Assembly: GCF_009914755.1 (NCBI RefSeq)
Contig: NC_060942.1
Source: the human T2T-CHM13v2.0 reference genome, Homo sapiens
Reading direction: 5' to 3' (one strand)
DNA length: 64,000 nucleotides
Under the pieces are notes generated by a model. It searched no databases, was not told where the DNA came from, and worked only from the letters and a program-made list of their open reading frames with translations. Below, one piece after another: positions 18,443 to 31,254 of this stretch; the stretch's first letter is position 1, and every line of letters begins with the position of its first letter. Made by a program: the position numbers and the translations under genes.

Positions 18443-19897
18443 CTTCATGGATTTATCTACCTTTGGTCTTTTCTGTTGGTGACCTTTGGGTGGAGTTTTG
18501 CGTGGTCATCCTTTTTATTGATATTGATGCTATTGCTTTCTGTTTGTTAGTTTTCCTTCTAACAGTCAGGCCCCTCTACTGCAGGTCTGCTGGAGTTTGC
18601 TGGGGATCCACTCCAGACCCTGTTTTCCCAGTTATCTCCAGCAGAGGCTGCAGAACAGCAAAGATTGCTGCCTGCTCCTTCTTCTGGAAGCTTCGTTCCA
18701 GAGGGGCATCTACCAGATGCCAGCCAGAGCTCTCCTATATGAGGTGTCTGTTGACCCCTGCTGGGAGATGTCTCCCTGTCAGGAGGCACAGGGGTCAGGG
18801 ACCCACTTGAGGAGGCAGTCTGTCCCTTAGCAGAGCTCGAGTGCTGTGCTGGGAGATCTGCTGTTCTCTTCAGAGCCAGCAGGCCAGAACATTTAAGTCC
18901 GCTGAAGCTGCGCCCATAGCTGCCCCTTGCCCTAGGCACAGCCCCTTTCCCCGGGGGCTTTGTCTCAGGGAGATGGGAGTTTTAGCTATAAGCCCCTGAC
19001 TGAGGCTGCTGCTTTTCTTTCAGAGATGCCCTGCACAGACAGCAGGAATCTAGAGAGGCAGTCTGGCTACAGAAGCTTTGTGGCACTGTAGTGGGCTCCA
19101 GCCAGTCCAAACTTTCTGGTAGCTTTATTTACACTGTGAGGGGAAAACCTCCTACTCAAGCCTCAGTAATGGTGGACACCCCTCCTTCCACCAAGCTTGA
19201 GCATCCCAGGTTGACTTCACACTGCTGTGCTGTGCAGCAAGAATTTCAAGCCAGTGGATCTTAGTTTGCTGGGCTCCATGGGGGTGGGATCCACTGAGCA
19301 AGACTTCTTGTCTCCCTAGCTTCAGCCCCCTTTCCAGAGGAGTGAACAGTTCTGTCTCACTGGTGTTCCAGGTGCCACCAGGGGGAAAAAAAAAACACAA
19401 AAACAACAACAAAAAAACTTCTGCAGCTAGCTCAGTCTACCCAAACAGCTATCCAGTTTTGTGCTTGAAACCCAGGGCCCTTGTGGTGTAGGCACCTGAG
19501 GGAATCTCCTGGTCTGTGGGTTGTGAAGACTGAGGGAAAACCATAGTATCTGGACTATCTGGACTAGATAGCACCATCCTTCATGGCAAGTCCCTCACGG
19601 CTTCCCTTGTCTAGGGGAGGGAGTTCCCCGACCCTTTGTGCTTCCTGGTGAGGCAACTCCCCACCCTGCTTTTGCTTGCCCTCTGTGGGCTGCACCCACT
19701 GTCTAACCAGTCCCAGTGAGATGAACTGGGTACCTCAGTTGGAAATGTGGAAATCATCCATCTTCTGCGTTGGTCTCACTGGGAGCTGCAGACTGGAGCT
19801 GTTCCTATTGGGCCATCTTGCCTGGGAATCGAGTTCACATATTTTTAAAGCCCTTCACATGACTTTGATATAAAAACAGATTAAGAAATGACTGATC

Positions 19898-20238
<341 letters not shown>

Positions 20239-20532
20239 CTAAAGTATTTGGTATTATGAAAGACTCTATTCTTTATTTAGTATAATTTGTTAAAAATCAT
20301 ATTAGGAGTGTCATAGTTCTCTAAACCAATCCTATGACATGTAGAAATAGATAGTGAGATAGGCATCTATTGGGTTTCCTGCCTAACAATACCCCTTGTG
20401 TAGGAACTCCCCACTACACACATGGTTCACATGTGATTCTACCACCCTGAAACACAGTTAATTGATCCAAGAAGAAGGATGTTACTTCACCTGGAACAAC
20501 GATCTTTTCTTTGATAATTTTGGATTTGAGAC

Positions 20533-20914
20533 TGTTAGTCTGCTTGGACTGCCATAACAAAATATCATAAATTGGGTGGCTTAAATACCAGAGATTTCTA
20601 TCTCACAGTTTTAGAAGCTGTGTGAGCTGATTCAATTTCTGCTGAGGGCTCTCTTCCTGGCTTGCAGATGGCAGCCTTCTCAGTATGTCCTCACATGGCC
20701 TTTCCTTGGTGAGTGCTTATGGAAATACAGAGAAAGATCTCTTTCTCTCTCTTCCTTTCTTTAGGAGGCCATATTCTTACTGGATTAGGAGTCTACTCTT
20801 AAGACCTCATTCAACCTTAATTACCTCCTAAAAGCTCTAGCTCCAAATACAGTCACACTGGGAGTTAGGGTTTTAACGTATGAATTTTGGGGGAACACAA
20901 TTCAGTACATATCA
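20533..20914 (-). mobile_element. MLT1A/B-type MaLR LTR
   Basis: CTGCCATAACAAAATATCATAAATTGGGTGGCTTAAA...CACAATTCAG pattern. Confidence 0.75.
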
Positions 20915-21774
20915 GGGACTAAAAGCGTTCAGTTATTTCACTATGGATCTGTGAGGCTCAGAGCTTGAAAAACACCATTGTTCTCTGCTATGTGGAGAAA
21001 GAGGGTGTGTAGAGAGAAGGAATAACACAGTTGACATCCAAGTAAAGCAGACACAAGAAACAGAGAGTAGTCTTGATATTGTCATATTCCTGGTACCAGC
21101 TGTTTCTGAATCTCAGATGAATCCTTTCCCTTTTAGGGTCTTGGTTTTTCTGTGAGGTGCCCCAGTTTCCTCCCAATAAATTGTTCATTTGTCTAGATTC
21201 AGTTGGTCTCTCCTATTTATAATCAAAAGGCAGTCTTGGCTATTATCATTTCCACAATATCAAAATAGATTTTTAATAAAAAGTAAGTAGAAATAAAAAT
21301 AGTATTCAAAAATATAGAATTTTATCTGTGATTGCAAAATTAACCTCAAAAGACATCCTGGAACTTTGATATCCCACTTCAGATTTGGAGCTGAGAAAAT
21401 CATGATCACAGGACACACTAGGGGTGTTTCCCTTGGCCATGTGCCTGCAAATCAAAGTGATGTGTCCACAGGCTACCCATCTACAGACAACTCCAATGCT
21501 TTTTATAGTACCAAGATCATGTTTATCCTAATTTGCTCTCGCTCTTAAAAAAGTATATGGCCCATAACATGTATCCTATTTCCATTTCAGGGCCCCGTGT
21601 CTGTCTTGTTGGGCTTAAGACATGTATTGTTCTCTTGGCTTCACATTGAGATCTCACTAAAGGGCTTTACTTCAGAAACACTTTTAGCCATTTTTTACTC
21701 TCAGCCACCTTGGGGATGTCACGCCTTGGGAAAATCCTAGTTTAAGAAACTTGAGCTGCAATGTTGGGCTATGG

Positions 21775-21985
21775 CTAATGGCATGGTGGAGCCAGCTTGC
21801 ACTAGCCCATGAGAGCTGATTGCACATATCTTCTCTCAGCTTTGTGTTTAGTGACGTCTCGTGAGTGGCTTGAAGTCAGCCATTGTAGGAGTGCTGCTTA
21901 TATCATGGAAATTGGAAAACACTACAAATTATGTGTTTTTTTTTTCTTGGAGAGCTATTGGTTAAACATATATCAGCACATCACA
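21775..21985. mobile_element. MER63-like hAT DNA transposon
   Basis: TGGAGCCAGCTTGCAC...GAGAGCTGATTG...GGTTAAACATATATCAGCACATCAC resembles MER63A. Confidence 0.65.
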
Positions 21986-22579
21986 AGCTATCACCCACTT
22001 GACAGTCCCTTTCCTGGTGAGACATTAAAAAAGAGAACTGGCTTTGAAATGTCTGGTTAAGTATATATAATTTATAAGATTTATAAGATTTATAATTTAT
22101 AATCATTATAGACTTCTGCTTTTCCCACTCAGGCTGGACAGTCACTGCTTTTGCTAATATCAGTACCATGGACAGCAATTCTGCAAAGTGGCTGAAACGA
22201 GAGCCAAAAATAGCACAAAGTGAAGGGTCTGGACTTGGCAGTGGCTGAAAATTAGAGGACAATGAGGAATCTCAAATGAGGGAAGAAGTAAATGTAGTAT
22301 CTGCTAATATCTGGAGTCTTTGTTAGGTGATGCATCCAGGATTTAACTGTCAGGGTAAAGCAGACACCATGGATGTAAGCCAAAATGAGAGCACTAAATT
22401 TATACCACAATTCAGGAAGGCAATGAGTAAGACATCAGGTGAAATGTTTCATGGTAAAATGGGTGGCCAGAATATAAAATAGGTGGTCAGGAAATAGCTG
22501 AATCACAGGAAATGGGAGGATGAGTACAAGAGACTAGAATAAATAGGAGATAGTAGCAGCAAGGCAGTCTATACCGGGG

Positions 22580-22760
22580 CAGAGAACATGGTATGATAAA
22601 CAGAGCACTGGAAGGGCCTTGGCCTGGCTTTGCTGCTAACTTTCTGAGTCACCTTGGTCAGATCACTCGATCGTTCTAGGCCCTAGTCTTCTCATCTGTG
22701 AAATGAGGACATTGAACTATATGATCTCTGAAGTTCCCACTAGCTCTGTGACACTGTGGA
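22580..22760 (+). mobile_element. MIR SINE
   Basis: AGAGCACTGG...CTCATCTGTGAAATGAGG. Confidence 0.6.
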
Positions 22761-25700
22761 GCATTTTTTCCAAGACAGAAAATTTCTTATAACCCCTTAG
22801 GGGAATTAGAGCAGAAATCAATAAGTAGAATGTTTTGACTAGGGTAGAAATTAAAATGAGGCCCATCGAAATTTGACTTTCTCATTTTGCTGAGACAATT
22901 AATTGAGATGGGTGTTCAGAAAGAAAAAAAAAAACAAATCACCAGCATCCCAAAGAGACTCAGACTCCTAACCCATGGCTATACCTGACTGACTGTTCAT
23001 CAAATGAATTAAAGCTAAGACACGTTGCGATTTTAATGTCTACTCCTTACTGCCTTGTCATAATGCAGAAATCAGCTCAACCTTTGTGGTTATTTTGGGA
23101 TTGAACATCACTTAACTGCCAATTTAAAAAATCTAGGGCTTATCCAGTTACAGAGGAAGAAAGGACATTCTTAACTAATCCCCCCATGCACAACCTATTC
23201 AGAAAATATGTCTAAAGAGAAATATCATCATAGCTGAAGATTAATGAACCAGGAGTCAAGGAAACCAGTCAATCAGTTATCAGAATTAATGAAAAAGTAA
23301 AGCTGAATTTTTGAAAACTTCACCTGAGTTTACATAACAGATGTTCATTTAAAAATGTCAGTAAGGAATGAACTATATAGAGTTCGTCTCCTTCTTTTAA
23401 GAGTTGTCACGCTGCCTATGAGTGATAGGTTAGAATCAAATACCGCATTTTGTGAAGGTTGGAGTTCAGAGGCAGGTAATCTGTTATGAGAAGATCATGC
23501 ATTGATGTATGATCTAACCACTTGTCTGAAACATGAGCAGACATTTAAGGAGCTTCTGTGAAGGCTCTGAGGACACCATTTACAGCACAGAGATATGCAG
23601 AAAGGATTATCCCAGAACCCGATAAATGAGAGGCCAACTGTGCCAAAGGAGAAGAACATATGCCTGGAGAATATAATCTCAGATTCCTTGTTGGCTGGCT
23701 TATATAAATCAATCTAATACAAAATATACAGGTTCTTCCTCAAATGTTTGCATAATTTAAATTTGGCTGCCTTGGGCATGCAGAAATTCAGAGTGCAGCA
23801 TGGAAATCAATGTCATTGTCCATGACTTGAGCCACTACTCTCCCTTCTGTCTTTTGAAGGCTGTATCACCTCACCATCATGGGATTGTGTTCGGTGTAAC
23901 TTTTGTTACAAAATTATCAATAGAAGTGTTTCTGGTTTAAACATTTTTTTTGCCTTACATAATCTGATTTTTAAATCATCATAAAACTTTAAAATTTTAG
24001 AGCTTGGAGAAATCTAGAAGGAGCATCTGCTGCAACTGATGAGATAGCTGAGTTTACCTGAGGTAGGTACAAGGACTTGCATGTGGTAAAATTAATTAGG
24101 AAATTGCAGATGCCAGGGGTCGTGGTGTCACATATGACCACTCACCAAGCCTTCCACAAAGCCCGAGCCTTGCTCTTGGCACTCACACAACTCAGCTCTT
24201 TGTGGGGAGTGGTCACAGAGCCTGGCATGCTGCCTCCTCCTGGAGAACACAGGCTAATGGGAAGGATGGCAAGTCAACCACTAACTAAAACACACTGGGC
24301 GCCCAGCTGCCACTTTGGAGGCTACACTGTCACCTTTTCTAATTATTCCACATTAGTCCTAGACACACTTAAACTCTGAGGACACTTTGGGGATTGTAGA
24401 ATTGTCATCAAAAAAATGTAAAGGTTGTACTCTCTAAAGAGAATATGCTAGAATAATCAGAGTTAAATTCTATGAAAATTTGCTGAGGTCGTTTCTCATT
24501 TCTAGAGTTTCAAAATTCTTGGTTCGCTTTCAGTTCACGAAGATGTAAACTTTATAGCTGCTACTGGAACCCATTCAAAAGCCCCCTTCCAGAAAATTTT
24601 CAATTCAGCCACAAGCACTACATTAATTTAGACTTTCTCTATCACATATAAGTCAAGGATTGCCATTTTGGTTTGTCTTGTCTCTCCCATTCACCAGCAC
24701 CCCATTATTTCCTCTGCCTCCATCCCATCTCTTCCAACTAGCTTATAAAGGCAGCAAGCACATGCCCTGTTTTTAATCTATTATCCTGTGCCATGTAGGA
24801 GAGTACTTTACAAACAGGAGATGCTTCATCAATGCAGACACAGTGCTCCTTTCATCCTCAAAGCCTGCACAGCTGAGCATGCCCAGTTAGAGAAGAATCT
24901 CTTCTGGGGATGGTCCCTTTCACTCTTTTTTCTTTGGTACCTTACGTTTCCTGACCAGACCCAAATTTCCTTCACCTTCGATTCTCTCATTAAACCTTTT
25001 AGATTTAGCAAATACACTCACCAAGTATGGAAGTGCAGGTGCCAGAAAGTCACTTAAAGTACTTGTTACAACTTTGTAGAAGTTCATCCTTTGCTTGCCA
25101 CGTTTACAAAAGAGAGCCAATAATAAATAGCAAGTGACAGGAAGTAATGAATTGTCCGTGACCATGAAATGTAGCTTTCACCAAGGTCTCTACTTAGGAG
25201 CTGCAGGATGAGGTGTGGGTGGGGGAGGGACAAATTAACAAAATGTCGTTGGTGCCAAAGAATAAGCCACTTTGTAGTGACACACATGTTACGGTGTCAA
25301 TTGGTATGGAGTTTTTTGATGACTCATATGATGAAGAAAGAGCCATGATTCAAAAGCTGTCATTGTAGGAAGACTCAGTGCTGCATCAACAGCACACTGG
25401 TTATCTGCTTTAATAGGATGCAAACAACATTGTCAGGTATCAGATAAGCTGGGCTGTGAGTCAAGCTGTCATATCGTAAGACAACTGAATTGATTGGTGT
25501 TTGGGTTCTCATTTTATTTCCAATGGGTGAGGAAAATAACCACAGATGCTTGTCCATTTCTCCTGTCTGCAAGGGATTACCACATTCCATAGTTTTTGGG
25601 TTACCCTTTGGGGCTTTGACTGGGAGCTCAGTATAAACCTGTCTGATCATCTAGTCCTATAAGAAGGTACATTCTAGCTTCAGTGACTCCAGCAATCTGT

Positions 25701-26058
25701 GATGTGCTGCCCAATATCTTACAACAAACTCCTACCCCCCCTTGGAAAAAATAAAAGCCCAAACTTGTAGAACTTCCTGATTTCCATGGTGTAGATACTC
25801 CCATCAATTTCAGTTTCAAGCTACCAAGATGATATCACTGAATGTAAAGCTGGGAAGGTATGTGCCAGTCGGCTGCCATGGGCTGGTAGTAGCTGGTTCC
25901 AACACAGCGCTGGCAGCAATCCCAATACATGCCCACAGCTAAATGTTTTTGTGAATTGGGGACAGAAATGCCATCCTGATCCCCTGGCTGTTGTAAGATC
26001 AGAGTGAGAGTATCTATGTGCCTGTCTTTTGGTGCCTTTAGGGACAGGTATCACTTAC

Positions 26059-26439
26059 TAATATAGTTTGGCTGTGTCCCCACTCAAATCTTATCTTGAG
26101 TTGTAGTTCCCATAATTTTCATGTGCTGTGGGAAGGACCCAGTGGGGTGGGACATAATTGAATCATGAGGGCAGTTATCCCCATGCTACTGCTCTCATGA
26201 TGGTGAGTAAGTTCTCACGAGATCTGGTGGTTAAGAGGCTTTCCCCCCTTTTGATCAGCACTTCTCCTTCCTGCCACCATGTGAAGAAGGATGTGTTTGC
26301 TTCCCCTTCTGCCATGATTGTAAGTTTCCTGAGGCCTCCCCAGCTCTGCAGAACTGTGAGTCAATTAAACCTCTTTCCTTTATAAAGTACCCAGTCTCAG
26401 GTATGTCCTTATTAGCAGCAGGGAGAACAGGCTAATACA
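26059..26439 (+). mobile_element. THE1-family MaLR solo LTR
   Basis: GTTTGGCTGTGTCCCCAC...GAGTCAATTAAACCTCTTTCC...CTAATACA; 5-bp TSD CTTAC (26054-26058, 26440-26444). Confidence 0.92.
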
Positions 26440-26486
26440 CTTACCTTCCTAGGCACCAAGCTGGGGCCTGAATGGCCCCTTTAATT

Positions 26487-26610
26487 AGGGTGACCATATA
26501 TTTTATTATCCTAACAGGAACACTTTTGAACTAAAAGGGGATGATATTAATAATTATACTAGGACAACTAGGGCTGTGCCTGGACAAGCCAGGACAATGT
26601 GGTTACCCCC
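26487..26610. mobile_element. MER81-like hAT-Blackjack element
   Basis: Terminal inverted ends AGGGTGACCA...TGGTTACCC. Confidence 0.6.
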
Positions 26611-28039
26611 TTCTAAAGCAAAATGTGAACATAGTAGCAAACAAGCCATATATCCATTGAAGCCTCCTCTGTATTCTGCATCCCTGAAGTTGGTGCTCTG
26701 CCCGTCTGGGAGAATGGTGCTAGAGTCTCCACTCAGCCTGTGGCTGCCGCCAGTCTGGGAGTGGGAGGGTCTGCAGAGCTCATAAAACTGTATGAGTTTT
26801 TAGGCTTGCAGCTTCCCTTGATGCATATTTCCAACCACTGCAAGTGTCCCTTCCTGTCTAAGCAATTGTGTCAGCAGCTAAATGCTTTTCTTGTTGGTCT
26901 CAGTCCAAACTTCCATTCTTCTCATAAAAAATAAGAAATATATAAGATTCTATGGGAGAAAAAAAGAATCCAGTAAATAATCCTCTACGTACACCACTCT
27001 AAATTTGCTTCCAGCCCTTGCTGATGAGTGTGCAGACATAATTATTGATGGAGTTGTAATCCATGTGTGCAAACTATTGGGTGTTGTACTTGTTTCCATT
27101 TAGCACTATTTCACATACTTATTTCCATATATTGACACAATCCACATGCTTATCATTTTTTATGGCAGCATAGTTCTCCATCATGTTGACACACTCTAGT
27201 TTTACATCCTGCTCTCCAAAGACAAAATGCCATGGCTTCATGAAAACTGGTATTCATGAATGCAGGCCAGCAGGGAAAGCTCTGGCTGGCTGGCAGTGTA
27301 GAAGGAGCAATGGTGGGTAGGGAATCAAGGTCTATCTGTAACTAGTGCTTTCTTTTGGAACAGAATCACTGTGACATGTGCAGATGTTCACTGTGACATG
27401 TGCAGATGGGGGCACTGAGATAATTATATTTTTTTTGTGTGTGTGTGGTCAAATTCAATGTTAACACTCACCAGTCTTTTGCTTTTATAACCTTCAGCTC
27501 CTCAAAGTCCCAGACACAAAAACAAGCCACACATCAATAAGCATATTTAACAAAGGGGCAGCTAACATTAATGTAGGCGCTGGGGCAACTTCTAAGTAAT
27601 GCCTAGAAGAATGTAGCCATTTAAATTATGTAGAGCAGGATGAAGTCTTCCAACTCTTCCTGGCTTCTGAGGGACATCTAGCTGCCCGGGTGGTTTTTCA
27701 AAGGCCACCACCGCAGAAGGTAGTGAATTATGTCCTGGAGGTACAAGCCTTAGGATGAGGGCTTGGCTTAGGGCCCCAGCCTGACAATTCACTTCCTGTT
27801 CATTCAGAGTCCACCCTAGCTTGGGCTATTGATTTGAATGGATGTTGCTTTTGTTGTTGAGGAAGATCAATAAACAGTGTAAGGGAAGAAGGTTGCACTT
27901 AAGTGCAACCTTTGGCCTTGCACCTATGGCTGAGTTAGTTAAATTTGATTATCTTCTTGTTGGGATTAAAGTCTCTTCTTCTGTGTAACAAACTTGCTTA
28001 TTTGGAGGGTCTAGAGGAGAGATTTGACTTACTCCCCAT

Positions 28040-28270
28040 TGTGCTTACTGTACGTCAGCCTCTCTTCTAAACATTTAAGGCACATGAGCTCATTAATCGT
28101 CACAACAATTGTACAAGGTATGTGCTATTACTCTCCCCATTTTATAAATGGGGAAACTGAGGCATGGAGAGGTTAGGTAACTTGTTGAAGTCACAAAGTT
28201 AGCACATAGCAGATCTGGGGTTTCAACCCTAGAGGTTTGGCACCAGGGTCTATGCCACATTCATCTACCA
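28040..28270 (-). mobile_element. MIR SINE
   Basis: CCCCATTTTATAAATGGGGAAACTGAGGC core. Confidence 0.75.
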
Positions 28271-28664
28271 CACTCCTCTAATGAAATTCCAATTATTTCA
28301 CCCAGAGGAGGGCCTGGTGTCCCTTCGTCCTTGGCTCTCTTTGGCCCCGGGCCACACCAGGTCATCTTCAGCCTCAGAGGAAGAGCCACAGATGGGATGG
28401 GCTGATAGCATCCATCCGAGCCATGTGAGTTGAACAACAGAAAACACAGCTAAAATGATTAACCCCAATTTTTCCTCTAATTTCCTCTCTAAATAGATTT
28501 TTCCCCTGCTGATGAAATCTGTCTCAATTTGGTGGTGAGTGGGTAGGTAGGAGAATCTGGATTGATTTGGTATTAGAAAGTCTCACATGTCTGTAGGGAA
28601 AAATATAGGGGGTGGATTATTCTTCCCAAATATAGTAGGGAAACCACAACTCCTATCATGTTTT

Positions 28665-28778
28665 ATCCATCCAACCAGCCATCCATCCACCCACTCATTT
28701 GTCCATTATTCATTTGTCTATCAATCAGTCAATCTATTTATCTATCTTTCTACCTACCTACCTACCTACCTGTCCATC
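28665..28778. repeat. Degenerate (TCCA)/(TCTA)/(CCTA)n tetranucleotide tract
   Basis: Direct reading. Confidence 0.8.
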
Positions 28779-30878
28779 ATTTTCACAGGAGGTGGTAATA
28801 ACAGTGTTGAGACCACTAATCAGGATGCTGCCTGCTGTGTCATCCAGCCACAGCCCTGTTTATGGCCATCATAAAATGTCTGTGGATAGTCCAGCAGCTG
28901 ATTTTCCAGGGTCTTTTTCTACTGTCTGAAGGATCAGGAAAAAAAATCTATCAGCTGGAGAAATTAAGCCATTTTTCTTCAGGGGAGAGAAATGGAATAG
29001 CAGGCTTTCCACATTAAAATGCTGCAGTGGATTCCAGATGAATGAAAAATTGGTCTGCATAGCAATGAGACTAGAGAGAGAGAGATTTGGAAGGTTTGTA
29101 ACTGGCTCCTGGCAGAGGCCCCGGGCTGAGACACTACATCAAACCCGGTGCAGTCAGGCAAGCTTGGCTCTTGGGACTTCCACTCTGCGGAGCCGGGTCC
29201 TAAGACATCATTCTCTTCATTTTTTCTGTCTTTTATTTTTCCAACATGCTAGTTGTCTGGGTGGTTTTATTAGAGAGGTGCAAGTGCTGTGTTCCTCTTC
29301 CAGCTATGGCCCTTTGTTCCCATTGCTGCTGGGAACCTGCTGCCTGACAAAAGCCCTACTCCTCCTCATAACTCACACAGGCCAAGTCTGTCAGAAAGAG
29401 GGGTTCAGCCTTTGAAGGGTGCAGAGTCTGTCCCAGAGGGAGAACATTAACCCAGCTTCAGACAATTAACCCAAATATGATCCAGGTATAATGTTATGAC
29501 CAGCTGGAAACCCAATTACGGGCCCTCTATGGACCTTAACAAATAGGGGTGGCTGTGTGGATGACAGTAAGCAGGTTAATAAGAAGCCACAAAAGCAAGA
29601 GAATTTACTTAAGGATGCCATCCAGACTCCACCCTTGCAAGAGATTAGTTTTCTGTGGGGTGCAGACGCCTGACCTTCCTGATTTACCCTGGAGTTCCTG
29701 GCCATTTCTCACCTCTGGGGACAGAGGCTACTTTGTCTTGTCATTGCTTTTTCAGGATGAGTCTTCTGCCTACAGCAAGTTTTGCTTCCTAATGAGGGAG
29801 CCCCATTATGGAAGGGAATAACTGGGGCTCTAGCAACCTAAATGCAAATCTTACCTGTTGTGGGTGTGACTAGTCCTCTAATTGCTCTGAGGGTCAGTTT
29901 CATCACTGATAAGGTAGAAATGGAGATGCTATCCTCCAGAGATGCTGTGTGGACCTAATAGATGCTCAATAAATGCTAGCTGCTATTTTATTATTATTTG
30001 TCTGCCTGACATGAATTAAGGGGCCCAGAATTCCTGCTTTTCCAAACATTGCCTGATCTACAGGGTCTACAGTTCTGCCATTATTTTCATTTACTTATGT
30101 CTAATTTCATTTCTGAGAGGTTTATGGGCTCTTCTCCCTGATGTGCTATTAAAGGGCAAGTATTCGTGGGAGAGGCAACAACACATCAGACCTGCTATTT
30201 CATATTTTCCCACAAAGCATCCTAATGGCAGTGGGGAGTGAATGTTTATATCCTGGGTGAGTGTGTGAGTGAGGCCACAAAACATAGCAAATGTGAAATT
30301 TGAGAGTTTTTTTTTAAGCTTGTGCAAATTTTGAAGTCTATGCTATAGAATAAGCATACTCCAAATGATTTATTTAGAAAAATTAAAAATTTGGTGCTGC
30401 TGAAAAATGAGGGATAACTACTCTTTGGTTTAGAGTGGGGGTTTCCAATGCTCCTCCCAAGACCAGCTGCATTGGAATCACTGGGAGAACTTAAAAACAC
30501 CCCAACTGCTCAGATCCCCTACTGAAAATTCTGACCCATGTGTCTGGACTGCAACATGAGAATCTGGGCTTTCGACGGTGTCCCTAAGCAATTCTTCCTT
30601 GAGATGACATCTGGGATCCATTGTACAATAGATACCCCGGCCTATGCCAGATCCTCTGCAGCGAGATGCATGTGTTTACAGGTGTTGGGGCCTTCTCAAT
30701 TGTCCTCCATGCAGAAGGAAGGGGCTGGTGGTAGCACAGCCGTGCATAGAGCTCAGAGCCGGGTGAAGAAGGCTCACACACAGGCAAAGAGTAGGGGCTG
30801 GGGGTGGGAGGTCAATCGGATGGGCCTTTCGAAAGCAGTTTCCGCATTTGTGCATTTTGTCTTAGAATCATCTTTACT

Positions 30879-31254
30879 TGTCTTAGTTCTTTTGGGCTGT
30901 GATAACAAAATACCTTAAACTGGGATGATTTATACACAACAAACATTTCTCACAGATTTGGAGGCTGGGAAGTCCAACATCAAGGCACCTGCAGATTTGG
31001 TATCTGGTGAGGGCTCAATTTCTGCTCCATAGATGACACCTTGTTGCTGCGTCCTCACACGGCAGAAGGAGCAAACTAGCTCCTCTTAAAAAAAATAATA
31101 AGGGCTTCTTTTATAAGGGCCTAATCCCATTCATAAGGGCAAAGCCCTCTTTACTTAATCACTTCCCAAAAGGCTCCACCTCTTCCTGCTACCACATTGG
31201 GGATTAAGTTTCAACAGATGGATTTGGGAGAACACCAACATTCAGACCATAGCA
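30879..31254 (-). mobile_element. MST/MLT1A-type MaLR solo LTR
   Basis: TGTCTTAG...CATTCAGACCATAGCA; near-TSD TTACT/GTACT. Confidence 0.8.

Noticed and set aside
18355-18939. ORFs over the L1 5' UTR/ORF1 junction
   Set aside because: Explained by L1 sequence; no evidence of an independent gene
22061-22110. AT-rich (ATTTATAAG)-type short tandem repeat
   Set aside because: Ordinary low-complexity slippage
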